A stretch of DNA of 63,989 nucleotides, filler included, from Basidiobolus meristosporus CBS 931.73 (Eukaryota; Fungi; Basidiobolomycota), in the NCBI GenBank assembly GCA_002104905.1. It is 3 parts of 3 records of this genome, joined end to end, with 100 filler letters (N's around TTAATTAATTAA, not from the genome) between each part and the next. Parts side by side here need not be neighbours in the genome. Positions count along the whole stretch, not along the records: positions 23,737 to 44,568 come from MCFE01000997.1; 2 more parts are not named here. One strand, given 5' to 3'. Shown in pieces: positions 25,611 through 38,095 of this stretch. Made by a program: the position numbers and the translations under genes. Every line of letters starts with the position of its first letter. The stretch's first letter is position 1. Under the pieces are notes generated by a model, which made no database searches, was not told the DNA's origin, and worked only from the letters and a program-made list of their open reading frames with translations.

Positions 25611-26342
25611 ATGCTTTTCAGAAATATCCTCTTAGCCGGCGCCATGGTGATCTCCATGATTGCATCCTCTTTTGCCGCTCCTCTTGACCGCGACCAGCCC
25701 AGTATTACGGCAACCCCCGAGTATGTGGAGCTATATAAAAACGTAAAGGCATGTAGTGAAGAATTTCCATCCTCACTCAAGGCCATTCCCGCTGGTAAGG
25801 AAGTGAGGTTTGCGGAATGTGTGAAGATGATCCAGGAGTTTACTCAAAGCCTGGGAGTACCGAGCAATAGTGTGACAAAGCGTGCTCTTGACGCAACTAA
25901 TGGGGTTGACGTATTTTTTGATGCCCTGGATCGCTTTGAGCAGACAGCAAAAAGCTGGGAGAACTCAAACCTCGTCTGTGGGATTACCAAGCAAAAAGGC
26001 GGCAAGGATATTTGCGGCTGTAACAAAGGCTACTGCTGGAGAAGGGTAAGTTGCCATGGAATTTCCTGTACAGAAACAGTAACTTACAAGGTATTCAGTG
26101 CCATGGAGGAGTAGGGATTATCTCGTTTGGCATTGGATATGTAGCACCCCCGCAAAGTGCACCAGAGTGGTGTTACATTAACAATATTCAAAGGTAGCAT
26201 ATAGGTATCATTTAGTAAGTTTGCATTCTTACTAACGCCAAAGTCTTTTCGCAGTGGCTCCGAATATCAGACATGCACCAAGGACTCGGACTGCGTTTTT
26301 GACAACACTAATTGCGCCAAGAACTACTGTGCCCTCTTTTAA
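25611..26342 (+). CDS. Secreted protein with a C-terminal Cys-rich domain (3 exons: 25611-26045, 26099-26193, 26255-26342)
   Basis: Signal peptide MLFRNILLAGAMVISMIASSFA and an internal KR. Splicing two introns of 53 and 61 nt (the second with an ACTAAC branch and a weak GTAGCA donor) gives CGCNKGYCWRRC...EWCY...YQTCTKDSDC...CAKNYCALF. Confidence 0.8.
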
Positions 26343-26601
26343 GCATCACTCTTCCCAACGTCTACATTCTCATTTTTCATTGTCTACTGCTAGCTTTATA
26401 CTATAAAGCACTGGGTTGAAATTAAATGCTGATTACTATTCCGTGTATGCACTGTCTCACATAAGGCTTGGGGTCATTTTTTGAGAAGTAGCAAACGCCG
26501 AGGCACCCAGGTTAAATCAATCTAGCTCGCATAAAGCTAATTGTGTGGGATCGAGAAGGTGATATAAATCGGGAGAGTCCGCATGACTTCACCAGTCAGT
26601 C

Positions 26602-27153
26602 ATGCAGCCTTCCTTCCTGTTGCTAGTTTCCGCCATCGCTTCATTGCAAGCAATTTCCGCTACCCCACTTGGTGGCTCCCACGTAGCCTTCACCAATGAG
26701 CTATGCGTCGAACAACTGGATGCTTGTTATCAGGACACTTAGGCCCCCAGTCAAGAACACCAGCCGTCAATTGAGGAGGTGGATGATTCGGAGATGAGTG
26801 GGCCAATGCAAACGAGCCAGACTTCGGGTGAGCAGCCAGGACTCTCTGGGTTCCAAGGGCTCGACATTTCAAATTTACAACCATCCCAAGCCTTACTGGA
26901 CAATATCAATGGCCATTCTGCCAGTAAAGCCAATGCCTTGTCCAACTCAAACCAGTTCGACCAAGCGCAAGTCATTGATCAAACCCTCTACCGGCCCAAG
27001 CAGCAACAGCCACAAATTATCATCACTCAGCCGGCAGCGTGTGCACTCAGAGGGGGGTACAAGAAGTATAAGAGATCTGTTCGTCACCACTTCAAAGATA
27101 CTAGGATTAGCACTAGTATACTCCAGAAAATCATGGTGAGTTCCACAAAATAA
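26602..27153 (+). pseudogene. Secreted-protein family 1 member with a single in-frame TAG at 26740-26742
   Basis: ATG 26602 gives the signal MQPSFLLLVSAIASLQAISA in frame with the 26779 ORF. It carries the shared motif LLDN...HSA....ALSN.NQ..Q.Q..DQ.LY.P and a basic tail. Confidence 0.7.
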
Positions 27154-27312
27154 TGGAAGAAAATTGAAAAAATAACGAGTGAAGGGAATGCAAAATACCG
27201 ATGGTACTCAAAAAGTATAATAATTATGTGAGTAATGACCTGATTAATCCATGAAATATATAATAGCAATTTTCCAGCTAACCCATTTTGTATGCTATAC
27301 AACAACCCACAA

Positions 27313-27813
27313 ATGCGTTATTCGCTCCACATGCGCTTTATTACTGTAGGCCTTGCCGCGAATCAAGTTGCCGTTGCTGCCCCAATCGGCTGTTCTTTTC
27401 CATGCACTCACGAGTATAGAAGGGTTCATTATCACAGTTTACCATGTGTGCAGTATGCGACCGATTACCACCAAAACGTTCGAGTTTTGCCTGTTTTTAA
27501 GATACCCAATGTCCGATCCCCGTTATTGCGTCAGGTTTTCATCACCGTGACCAGAAAGCAAGATAGCCTGAACATTGCTAATGCCAACAGCAATAAGGGC
27601 TTCAGTGTCAAGTATCAAGCAGGGCCCGGTCTTGAACTGGAGGGTCGGGGCAACGCATTAGAATATGCCAAGCAAAAGGACTATAGTTCTTTCTCTCCCT
27701 ACGTTCTGATACAGCCCACCCAAGATGTACAGTACACAACCTCAGTAACAGAGACACAATGCGTAAAAGAACAAAATATTCAATACACTCATTGTGCTGA
27801 CAATTGCGCCTAA
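27313..27813 (+). CDS. Secreted-protein family 2 member (unknown function)
   Basis: Intact ORF, paralog of 35264-35752, with an altered but still hydrophobic leader (…GLAANQVAVA-APIG). Confidence 0.65.
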   Translation: MRYSLHMRFITVGLAANQVAVAAPIGCSFPCTHEYRRVHYHSLPCVQYATDYHQNVRVLPVFKIPNVRSPLLRQVFITVTRKQDSLNIANANSNKGFSVKYQAGPGLELEGRGNALEYAKQKDYSSFSPYVLIQPTQDVQYTTSVTETQCVKEQNIQYTHCADNCA

Positions 27814-30800
27814 TAGATAAATCAGCCTTGACTGAGAATATTGAGTAGGCAAGACAAATAAGCCCTCTTTGCGCGACTACCCTACACAAAAGAATCGACA
27901 TTTGGCAATACCCCACAACGACACACACTGGAGGAACAGGGACACTTTACATTTGGTTGGTGCAAGGGTAAATAGTGCATGCAACATAGCCGGGTAGAGA
28001 AGCTCAATCAGCGTTGTGTATCAACTACCGCATTTGGAGAACTGGTGGGCTCCTACTTTGAGATGTCAGTGAGCCCTTTTCAGCGCCAGTTTCAATGTTT
28101 GTGTGCTCATTCCATCGAACTGTAAATAGTTGTATCGATGTTGGGGGTTTAATTTGTTGTAAATGTGATTTTTGGTGTTATTCGTGAGACGCAAAATGAC
28201 TCATACTACGATTTCTCAAGCATGGGCTTGAAGCGTGCACACAGGAATGGCACTGTTCTTACGTAGTTGGTTATTTCATAGTCAATATTTACAGTCCAGA
28301 ACAGTATATATAATACACTGATTTTAGTTGATTTCAATATTATGGGATTTGGCCACGAAAGGAGTGAAAATTTTTATCTTTTTTTTTCCTACAAATAGGG
28401 AGCATCTGTCGTTTGGTATCGTTACGACTGTACTTTGCAGGATTATATATATAGTACATTCCCAACAAAGACCCTAAAGGACGGTTTGCTCATTCTGACA
28501 GCTTGTTGTTACCCAACTATCATTCAAAAATCAAATCAAAATACCAATCTATTTCTCTACATATTCACTTCGAAAATCAGCAAGCAAAGAAATGAAAAAT
28601 ACTCAAAATTTTGATTGCAAAATAACATACTTGTTTGATTACGATTACAGCTTTCTGATCATTAAAATCAAATTCATAATTGAATGTTTAAGTGGACACA
28701 CAACTTTGCATAAAAATAGGAAAAGAATAAGTTGGTAGTCTCACTTTACTGTAGCGGCTACTGATGACCATCCACTCAGACTTGCCAACCTCTGACTGCT
28801 CCAGACACCAAAGGAATAGGGGCACTCCACATTTAGTTGTCGGCAACATAGTCAGATAGAGAATATGGTATTAAGGTTATTTATTGCAATGCTTTAATAT
28901 GTATTATCATCGCTTTAAGCTACCTTCACTGTTCCTTAGTAGATCCTACCACACTCACATACCTCAGGAATGACTGTATGGTGACACTCCTGCGTAATGA
29001 TTTCGGGCAAGAGCTATCTGTGCCGGGGCATAGGGCCAGTGGGGGGGGGGAGTACAGAGAGGCATTGTAATTATCAAACTCTTTATCTAGCTTCTAGCTC
29101 GAACCCCTAGTACCACAGACACTGTTTCAAAGATATTTTCAGGTGAAGTACTTACACACCGTTATTCTGGAGATTGCCGACTTGATTCCCCGTAGCTCAT
29201 GTTATAACGGAAAGTGTGGAGTTTGCCTGGCATATCAACGCATACACCGAAATATTGAGGATGCGTGGCTTCTATTTCTCATCCAAAAAGGCTTCATTGA
29301 AATGAATGAACAAGCCTGCGGTGTTGTATACTCAGTTTTCTTGCCACCAACGCAGTGATTGTAGCCTCGATTCGGGTCTATCATCTCTGCCCCTCACTAT
29401 GCCAATACTTAACCCACAGCTGATGCACCACTCTAGAGACATGAGCAACTTGAATGGACTGATGGCCTAACTGGATATTTTGTTGTGGCTTGACAAGGAC
29501 AATAATTGTAGTGAGTATTAGTCTGACAATGAACAGCACTTATTGATTCATTGTATACAAAGCACTTGTAATGTAAATTATACTTCTATGTGAAGCAAGT
29601 CGCTACAAACACTAAAGTTGTATCAAATACTTGCGTGTTATTGCAAAGGCTTAAAAATCAAGATTCATCGGCTAACAAGTGATTATTCGCAGACCATGTG
29701 CAACAATACTATACATCATTTATACTTTATAAGCGACAGTGTTACCTAGGACTTTGCATATCTCGATTAAGTCTCAAATAGTAGAGTGACTGTAATCAAA
29801 GTATCCACACTCATTCCATTGTTATAGACTGCTTAGCCACAACAGCCATGGAATGTACATGTTACAGTAAACGTAAGTATCAACATTGTCTATGCATCTC
29901 GAGGTCCTGACTTACTTTCCAGTTAGAGGCCAAAGATGCTTTATCGGTGAAGAACTACCACTACACAATAGCATATCTGATGAGTAACCCGGTTCATGGA
30001 TTTTGCTTTTGCGTATTAATACCACATTATCTCTGTACCACTATGCCATACGAGAAATATCACCTTAATGCTGCAGCTTTGTGGAACTGGTTTACATTAC
30101 CCAGGTAACCTTCTCTCTTGCACAACCATTTGTAGAGCTAGTCACAGTGACTATTGACGAAAGTATGTGCTACAATGTGGAAATGACGCCTATATATTGA
30201 GCTAACCTTGCTGCTAGACATCATTCACACACTAAGCTCTCCATTAAAACAATGATGAAGAAATTTGCTGTTTCCTTGATGGTCGCCTTTCTGGTGGCCA
30301 GCTCCAGTTCCGGCTCCGTATATTCTCTTTTGTGCCAAGCCCAAGGGCACTCAAGAGGCTCCTTGTGCGTTGGAGATCCGTATTCTGGGATACTGGATGC
30401 AAGTCCGGCCAAAGATGCTGTATCTGATGATCAATAAATCTAATACATTCAATGCTGAATGCTAGAAATAATGTAAGTATACATAGTAACTTGATAAAGA
30501 AGTAAACAGCAGTTATGTAACAGTGTATGTTGGGGTGTTCTAACCATACATGCTACTCATCATGTACACTGGTATAAATAACAGTCCTACTCTGTCAAAG
30601 TATAAATATACTAGTAAATGTATGTGGCTATTTATTCCCATAAGATCAGGGCCCGGAATACCATTATAATTACTAATTAGTGATTTCCAAAGTCCTAGTG
30701 CTCCTGTATGATGCAAATAAATCACTTTAATGTTTCCTATTCTGTTTAGAGAATTATCAACCTTTGGCAAAAACCTTAGGCTAGTGCTTCCAGCAGTAAT

Positions 30801-33256
30801 ACTTGTGTGTGAATCTCATGATAGCATATTACCAAATCTTGTGAAAGGTTATTAAGCCTATTCACTTTATTCACCCTATTAGGATCACTTAACCTACAGG
30901 CAAGCTCCCAAATACATAAACTGCCAATAGACAGTATTTGAGTAATATAGGGGTAAATCAAATGCTTATTTCCAACTTCATCTATTTAGTCAAGCGCAAG
31001 TCAATGTGTGTAAACAGATTGTAAGCTTCACTCTATATTGCACCTGGAAGTGTGGACCAATAGGCACTGAACAGCAACTCACCAAATTTGCCATGCTCTT
31101 TCTAAGTACAATAACTGAGGTTGTGGAGCTCGACATCTAGCAATATACCTATATGGCTGCAGGAGTACTCAAAATAAGAGTTCTAGATATTCTATTTTTC
31201 TTGCTTAGAAACACGTTGATTTCTTCAGCACTTACATAGATCAGCGCAATAGCTGTTACAGATTCAAAGTAGTGTCCTGCTGATAGATGCTTAACGGTCT
31301 CAAGGTTATTTAGGATATATGTTGAGATCTAGGTTGTTTGGTAACAGAAATTAAACAAAGCCTTTTCTAAAGGAAGCCAACGCTACTAAGGCAAAAGCAA
31401 AGACCTCACGGGTGCCATATCATATCGACCGCAACAGAAAAATATTGTCTTCAGAAGTACGGAGCGTGTGACACGATACTGATTGCTGGAACGGATGTGG
31501 ACACCGAGAACTGCCTGTACATGGCAGTTGTACACGTATATCTGATCAAAAGCATGACCGGGGTAAGACTCTGCTCTCACGCTATACTTCGACAATCAAA
31601 GTAGCAGTTCACGCATATGTTAGATGCTCACAGTGCAATGAGCATAATACAGCTGGGTCAAAGGAATGCGGATTTGAACTCATTTATTTCACAATGCTTC
31701 AGCTAAATATCCTTAACAGTAACATCTCCAAGAGTCCACCGGCTACGTAGGCACCAACCAAACCCTACGAGATTACCCATGTCTGGCTATCCACGCAGGC
31801 GGTCCTCTTTCTCCCTTTGAGGATCTGCTTGAAGGACAGCTCGCCAGTTCCGGGTCCTATGCAAGTCCAGCAAATCCCTTTGACTGTGACTGAGGCGTAG
31901 TTCCCGTTGTTAGCTCTCTTGGCTCTGGAAATTTCTTCTCTGACATCAGCAGAATACAAACGGGCTTCTTGATCGGATACCATAGCTGAGGAAGTGGGGT
32001 GCAATAAGTCTGAAGACTAACAAGTCCACAACTGCTGCTTTATATCTATCCCGCCCAGACAGTGACTCAATACTACGGCATTATGACGCCTCACTTCTTC
32101 CATACAGCTGGCAACAATTTGTAGCAAGCAATCCAGATTGACTGCACACTGGCAACGCACCATCCAGATAAATAGTTGCTTACATTGAGTGGATTGGTCA
32201 AGCATGGCATGAGCCAGAGCTTCCCCAGATGCAAAGACTGGATGGCCAACTGTGGTGAAGCCAAAGACGCCCATGACAATCAGTATGTATTGTCTTATAT
32301 CTACACTCGTTATCTCTTGCAACAACGATACTCAGTAAGTTATACAGCCAAGCCTGTGCAGCCCCAACATCTCCATGGATTGATGGTTACACGTTACGGC
32401 CTAACCATGCAGTAAGTTATTAAAGGGAAGATTCACACCGACTTAATAATGTAACGATTCAAAAAATACGCATTGAGGATTTAATATTCCATAAGAAACT
32501 AGTAATACATCGATGGAAATTGTGGAAGTGCAAGGCTTAAGGTACCAAATGTCTCTGTTATGTGGACTTATTGGATGTTTCGGCGTAGTGATTGTTTGCA
32601 ATCACGAGGAAGCTCTGGACCGCACCTTGAACACAGAGGGCCACTGAGTATTAGCGGAGATGTAGAGATGGAAGGAAAACCCGGCATCATCGCCATGGAA
32701 CTCCCCCTCCACAAATAGAGATTTTTATGAAAGGTTACGTCGAGTTCTTTGGGCTGCTATGGATATCAATTATGCTTATCGCCCAAACCCCAAGATGTTG
32801 AGTAAACACAGTACCTACGCATGTATTTGTCTGTTGTTGGTCATTGCTCTTGAGTATTATGACGTTGATAGTGCTGATTAGGTCTGTGCGCATGTAGTAC
32901 CAATAAGCAATTCTCCCATGGTTGTACCCGGTAGAGTGATCCACTCCTTATCCATTACGGCTTCGCTGCTAATTGGACATCAGTGACGGTGACTGCACTG
33001 TCAGTCATGCATGTTTTATCTGTCAACTGCAGTGGCAAGGAATCTGACATAATATGCTGAAATATGCTAAAAATACGCTAAAAATACGCTAAAAATTGAT
33101 TTCCGCATAGGTTACAAGTGTTCACCAAACCGTATATGAGCATAATACTGGTTACTTCCATAGATACTCAATAAACCTACTTTGGACAGCCGACATCTTT
33201 CAATATAGAAACTGTTTATTCACGCTCACATATCTGAACTGAGCGTAATGTGTCTC

Positions 33257-33620
33257 TTAGTCTCTCCAGATAGTAAAGCTCCACTGAGTTCCACTTGACA
33301 GGATGTATCCCTTAAGGTTCTGCCGATTTCTGAACTTTTCTTCGAGCTTCCCCCAGGAGTAGTGGTATTCTGGAGTTGTCCCTGTGTCTCTTGCAACACA
33401 GAAGGTCATTCCATTTTCGGAGTAGCTCTTGTGTCCATTATTGTCCAAGGCCTCATCAGTGAATTCTCGGCTGAAAGGGTAGTTTGCCATTGTAAGATCT
33501 ACGTGTTATAAAATAGACCAATTTAGCCCGATGAACCTGAATGTTGGATAGACTGACTTACCTTGACGCACTCTGCTATGCCGCTCATGACGGAGCCTAT
33601 ACTTATACCACTGACAGTTG
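33257..33620 (-). CDS. Last exons of an unidentified spliced gene or pseudogene
   Basis: A GTAAGT...CGTAG intron at about 33561-33499 joins WYKYRLRHERHSRVRQ to DLTMANYPFSREFTDEALDNNGH...IWRD. No family recognised. Confidence 0.35.
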
Positions 33621-33820
33621 AATTAACGCTCTTATCCCTTAGTTTGATTGATGAAAGATAACTAGTATCGTAAGCTTTGAATCCTTGCATGAGCTCATTT
33701 GTAGGCAAATAAATTGCAATTATCAACTCATGCTATTGTTGTTGGCCGGAGATGATTGCATGGCAAATAACTAATTAGGCTCCTATTATGGTTGTTATAT
33801 TATATTGCATTGTATGTGTC

Positions 33821-33910
33821 GTATCCTATCTCACACCTGTATCCTATCTCACACCTGTATCCTATCTCACACCTGTATCCTATCTCACACCTGTATCTTA
33901 TCTCACCACC
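33821..33910 (+). repeat. 18-bp tandem repeat x5 (GTATCCTATCTCACACCT), in frame, encoding VSYLTP
   Basis: Four exact units and one diverged unit. Confidence 0.95.
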
Positions 33911-33995
33911 TTGGGTGAAGTTGACCCCTCGAGAATTGGGGTACTCGGTATCTGCGCTTCAGGAGGTTACGTAACCTGTGCCACACAAACCGATA
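33821..33995 (+). pseudogene. Fragment of an alpha/beta-hydrolase (dienelactone hydrolase/peptidase S15-like)
   Basis: [33 protein letters not shown] matches the nucleophile-elbow region (GICASGG) of this family. No flanking coding sequence is seen. Confidence 0.75.
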
Positions 33996-34347
33996 CTCGA
34001 AAGCTTTGTCATTACTATACCCAACACCCAATACCTGGTTGACCTTTGAATCATAAATAAACCTTCGACCGGTATAATCAAAATTTAGTTTGGTGAAAAT
34101 ACAAATCTATTTTATAATCACGCCGCTTTAAAATTAGGTATTTTAGTGGAAACTGATAATAGTATATTTCTCGAAACAAAATGCCAAATGCTATAATCTA
34201 TATCTAGATGCAGTAAAAGCACGGATCGATGCAAATAATTATGGAGTAGTGTTTGAACATATACTAGTATATACATAGTCCAAGAGCTAAGCTAAATATT
34301 ACTTATAATTGTCAGACATTGGGTGAATATAGTAGACAGTTAGGCTA

Positions 34348-36260
34348 AGTGCTACATCAACAATATTCAAAGGTAGCATATAGGTATCATTCGGTAAGCT
34401 TGCACTCTTACTAACGCTAAAGTCCTTTTGCAGTAGCTCCGAATATCAGACATGCACCAAGGACTCGGACTGCGTTTTTCACAACACTAGTTGCGTCAAG
34501 AACTACTGTGCCCTCTTTGAAGCATCACTATTCCCAACGTCTACTTTCACTTATTCAGTGTCTATTGCTAGCTTTATACTCTGAAGGACTAACTAAGGAT
34601 GCATTGTTGCCATACCACTTTGTTAACTACTTCGTATATACACTGTCTCACCTACGAGAATTTCCAACCTTCAACCATCCCAAGCCTTGCTGGACAAAAT
34701 CAATGGCCATTCCTCCAGTAAAGCCAATGCCTTGTCCAACTCAAACCAGTTCGACCAAGCGCAAGTCATTGATCAAACCCTCTACCGGCCCAAGCAGCAA
34801 CAGCCACAAATTATCATCACTCAGCCAGCAGCGCGTGCGCTTAGAGGTGGGTACAAGAAGTATAAGAGATCTGCTCATCGCCACTTCAAAGTTAGATATT
34901 TCAGTGGAAACAGACATCAAGTCTAGTAAAAGTGAATTTACGAAATAAAATGAGCAACATATTACTCGGTATACTGATGATGTACAAGTACTCAAAAATT
35001 TGCTGATATGCACACACAGAAATAGTGTCCCTTATCGTTGTACATAATGGCATTATTTGTATTGAAGAGGATTATGGGCAGCGGTGATAGAACCATACAT
35101 ATACACAGAGGCTGTCATTCCAGTGCATGTGTTTTATATGCTACAGGTTTCCTCAATAAAGTCCATAACAGAATGTATCTAATAATACTCACTTTATGCC
35201 CTCGGCTTAATCTTATTATATAGCGTCGTATGCAACTAACTTATTTCTCAGCTATTCTTCAGCATGCGCTCTACTACCATAGCAGTGATTCTAGGCCTTG
35301 CCGCGAATCAAGTTGCCGTTGCTGCCCCAATCGGCTGTTCTTCTCCATGTACTCGCGAGTATAGAAGGGTTCATTATCGCAGTTTACCATGTGTACAGTA
35401 TGCGAACGATTACTATCAAAACGTTCGAGTTTTACCTGTCTTTAAGACGCCCAATATCCAATCCCCGTTATTGCCTCAGGCTTTCACCACCGTGACCAGA
35501 AAGCACGATAGCCTGAACATTGCTAATGCCAGCAGCAAGAAAGGCTTCAGTGTCAAGTATCAAGCAGGGCCCAGTCTTGAGCTGGAGGGTTGGGGCAACG
35601 CATTAGAATATGTCAAGCAAAATGACTGTAGTTCTTTCTCTCCCTACGTTCTGATGCAGTCCACCCAAGATGTACAGTACACAACCCCAGTAATAGAGAC
35701 ACAATGCGTGAAAGGACAAAATATTCAATACACTCATTGTGCTGACAATTGACACAGTGTACCAGTCCAAGAAGAATCGACATTTTACAATACCTCACAA
35801 CGACACACACCGGAGAAACGGGGGCGCTTTACATTTGGTTGGTGGCAAGGGTGAAATAGTGCATGCAACATAGCCGGATAGAGAAGCTCAATCAGCGTTG
35901 TGCATCAGCTACCGCATTTGGAGAACTGTTTGAACGCCATTTTCAATGTTTATCTACTCATTCCATCGAACTGTAAATAATTGTACCGATTTTTGGGGTC
36001 AAAATGCCGTAAATGTGATTTTTGGTTTAAGTCAACATACAATTGTATTATTCGTGAGATGCAAAACGACTCATTTGACGACATACTTTTTTGATTACAA
36101 TTACAGTTTTCTGATCATTAAAATCAAAATTCATAACTGCATGTTTAGGTGAGCGCACAACTTTGCATAAAAGTAGGAATAGAATAAGTCGGTAGTCTCA
36201 CTTTGTTGTAGCGGCTACTGATGACCATCCACTCAGACTTGCCAACCTCTGACTGCTCCA
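34348..36260 (+). repeat. Segmental duplication, copy 2
   Basis: Contains only the last intron/exon of the Cys-rich gene (frameshifted), a 5'-deleted family-1 gene (about 34660-34926) and an intact family-2 gene. Confidence 0.9.
35264..35752 (+). CDS. Secreted-protein family 2 member (unknown function)
   Basis: Intact 162-aa ORF with the clean signal peptide MRSTTIAVILGLAANQVAVA and Cys residues conserved with the 27313 copy. Confidence 0.75.
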   Translation: MRSTTIAVILGLAANQVAVAAPIGCSSPCTREYRRVHYRSLPCVQYANDYYQNVRVLPVFKTPNIQSPLLPQAFTTVTRKHDSLNIANASSKKGFSVKYQAGPSLELEGWGNALEYVKQNDCSSFSPYVLMQSTQDVQYTTPVIETQCVKGQNIQYTHCADN

Positions 36261-36267
36261 CTGCGCG

Positions 36268-36549
36268 TGTGTCTCAGAAAAATTAAGAATTCAATAATTA
36301 TGTTCTAGTTTCTACCCAAACCTAGCATATCTAGCACTCCTAAGTACACCAAGCCTAGCCTGAATAGCAAACCAACTCCATTGCCTTTATAGCCAAACCC
36401 AGCTATATTCAAGACCAATATTAGATCAGAACCTTTCTACTGATATTTCTGCCACTCTCTGGTAATTTTAAGATTCTGCACTTAATTGTCCCTTTGGTTC
36501 AGTTAAACCATTCAAGAGTTTTTATTACACTTTTCTCTTAGATACAACA
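36268..36549. repeat. LTR-like dispersed repeat (family C), copy 1
   Basis: TGTGTCTC...GATACAACA. Homologous to 62054-62334. No TSD found. Confidence 0.7.
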
Positions 36550-36972
36550 CTTGCCTAATATGTAGTAGCAGAAGTATGATCAATGCTAACACAAGAACAA
36601 GGGTAGGATTAGAGCAGAATAAAGCAGTCCAGCAATATCAACCAGTAGTGCATTTCTGAGAAACTACAATGGAAAAGTCAATTGCTGCGTCTGTTGAAAG
36701 AAACCTGAGTATTGGTAGAATTCATGATGATGAATTTATTGTTGTGAATTATGTCGGGATTCTGCTTATTGGTATAGTCCACTACCATTAACTAAAAATA
36801 TGCACACACTACTGATTTGCATGATAAAAGGAGCTTGATCTCATCCTTATTTGGTACTTCCACCCATCTTGACTGTTTCTTTTCCTCCTTGGTATGAGCT
36901 GACTCACAGAAAAACAAAGTACTTTGGAGCTTGCAAAATAGGGAAACTTGATTATGTGATACATATTCCCTA

Positions 36973-37304
36973 TGTTGTAAGAGTCTTGGAGATATTGGAA
37001 GTGATTTGGGAGGACAAGTAGATTATGTGGATTTCACTTAATAATTCATTGAGTGTAAAAGTAGTATTTATACTTTTACATGGTCTTGGCATTACAAACA
37101 CCTAGAAAAGGTTAAGGAAAGTCCCAAGAACATGTGTGCAAATTTTGGGGCTGTTTGGACAACTTATCTAATTTTCATGTTCTGGGTAAATATTCTAAGT
37201 AAATCCCAACAAGGAATTTGGTCAGTATTCTCTAGGATTTGAAGGTAATGATCTAAGTGACCAAGTTAGATGAATATATAGGTGGAATTCCAAATTTTAC
37301 AACA
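36973..37304 (-). mobile_element. Solo LTR, copia family A
   Basis: TGTTGTAA...TTACAACA with 5-bp TSD CCCTA on both sides. Confidence 0.95.
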
Positions 37305-37431
37305 CCCTATTTGTCCCCATAGGTTTGCGCTGGTTTTAAAAGGTAGCAATGCTAATCAGCAGTGACCTCTGCATCAATGACTACATGCTACTCTCCCTTT
37401 GGTTTTCATCCTTGCCATTGATTGCACATGA

Positions 37432-37610
37432 TTAGTGCAATATCTGGTCAAGTGCCTGAGTGTTGTCCAACAATGGACTCCAGTATTCTGGAGACTGCTC
37501 TACTTGCTGGTTGTCATATGTAGCTATGGGTGATGCAAAGGATACTGAGGTGGATGAAATGTGTAGATGAAATGCGGAAATCAATGACAGTAGAGTAAAG
37601 TTAATCCTAT
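37432..37610 (-). pseudogene. Internally deleted pseudogene of secreted-protein family 1
   Basis: Translates RINFTLLSLISAF...SVSFASPIATYDNQQVEQSPEYWSPLLDNTQALDQILH*, matching the 38455 gene. The start codon appears reduced to AT. Confidence 0.7.
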
Positions 37611-38095
37611 GTTGATAGCTACTCTAGGGGCCCAATCATCAAACCACAAAAACAAGAATCAAAACAATCTACAGCCAATTGAGCCTATATACCATTGATC
37701 CACGTACTTCATTGCTTCAACAATCTTCCATCTATTGCTCACCACAATAGCTCACCACCATTCCATTTTAGTAGTTTATTTGTTATTATACATATTTTTG
37801 AGGGAACAATGCCAAAATGATTCGTATGAGGAGCCATTGCCAGAATGTTCATGATGCTGAGGGCATAAAGGTTTTGACGTCTAATATGCCTGACAGAAAT
37901 ATTCTTATTGCTTGTCCTACGCTGTTTCTTCCTGATATCAGTTGTTGAAAAATTGCTTGTAAAAAAAATGTATGTGTTGGATAGCTTACAGAAATAGTGA
38001 TTATATGATGAGATTTATTATGAATGCCAAACTAGTGTTTACATGATCCAATTGAGTCAAAAGCCGCCTCTGTATCCATGTCTACAATAGCATTG

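Larger units (their letters stand above)
26168..28802 (+). repeat. Segmental duplication, copy 1
   Basis: Collinear high-identity match to 34348-36260, which has internal deletions. Confidence 0.9.

Noticed and set aside
31765-32325. Carboxylesterase or methyltransferase assignment for minus-strand fragments
   Set aside because: Motif hints are short and in an inconsistent order, so it is left unassigned.
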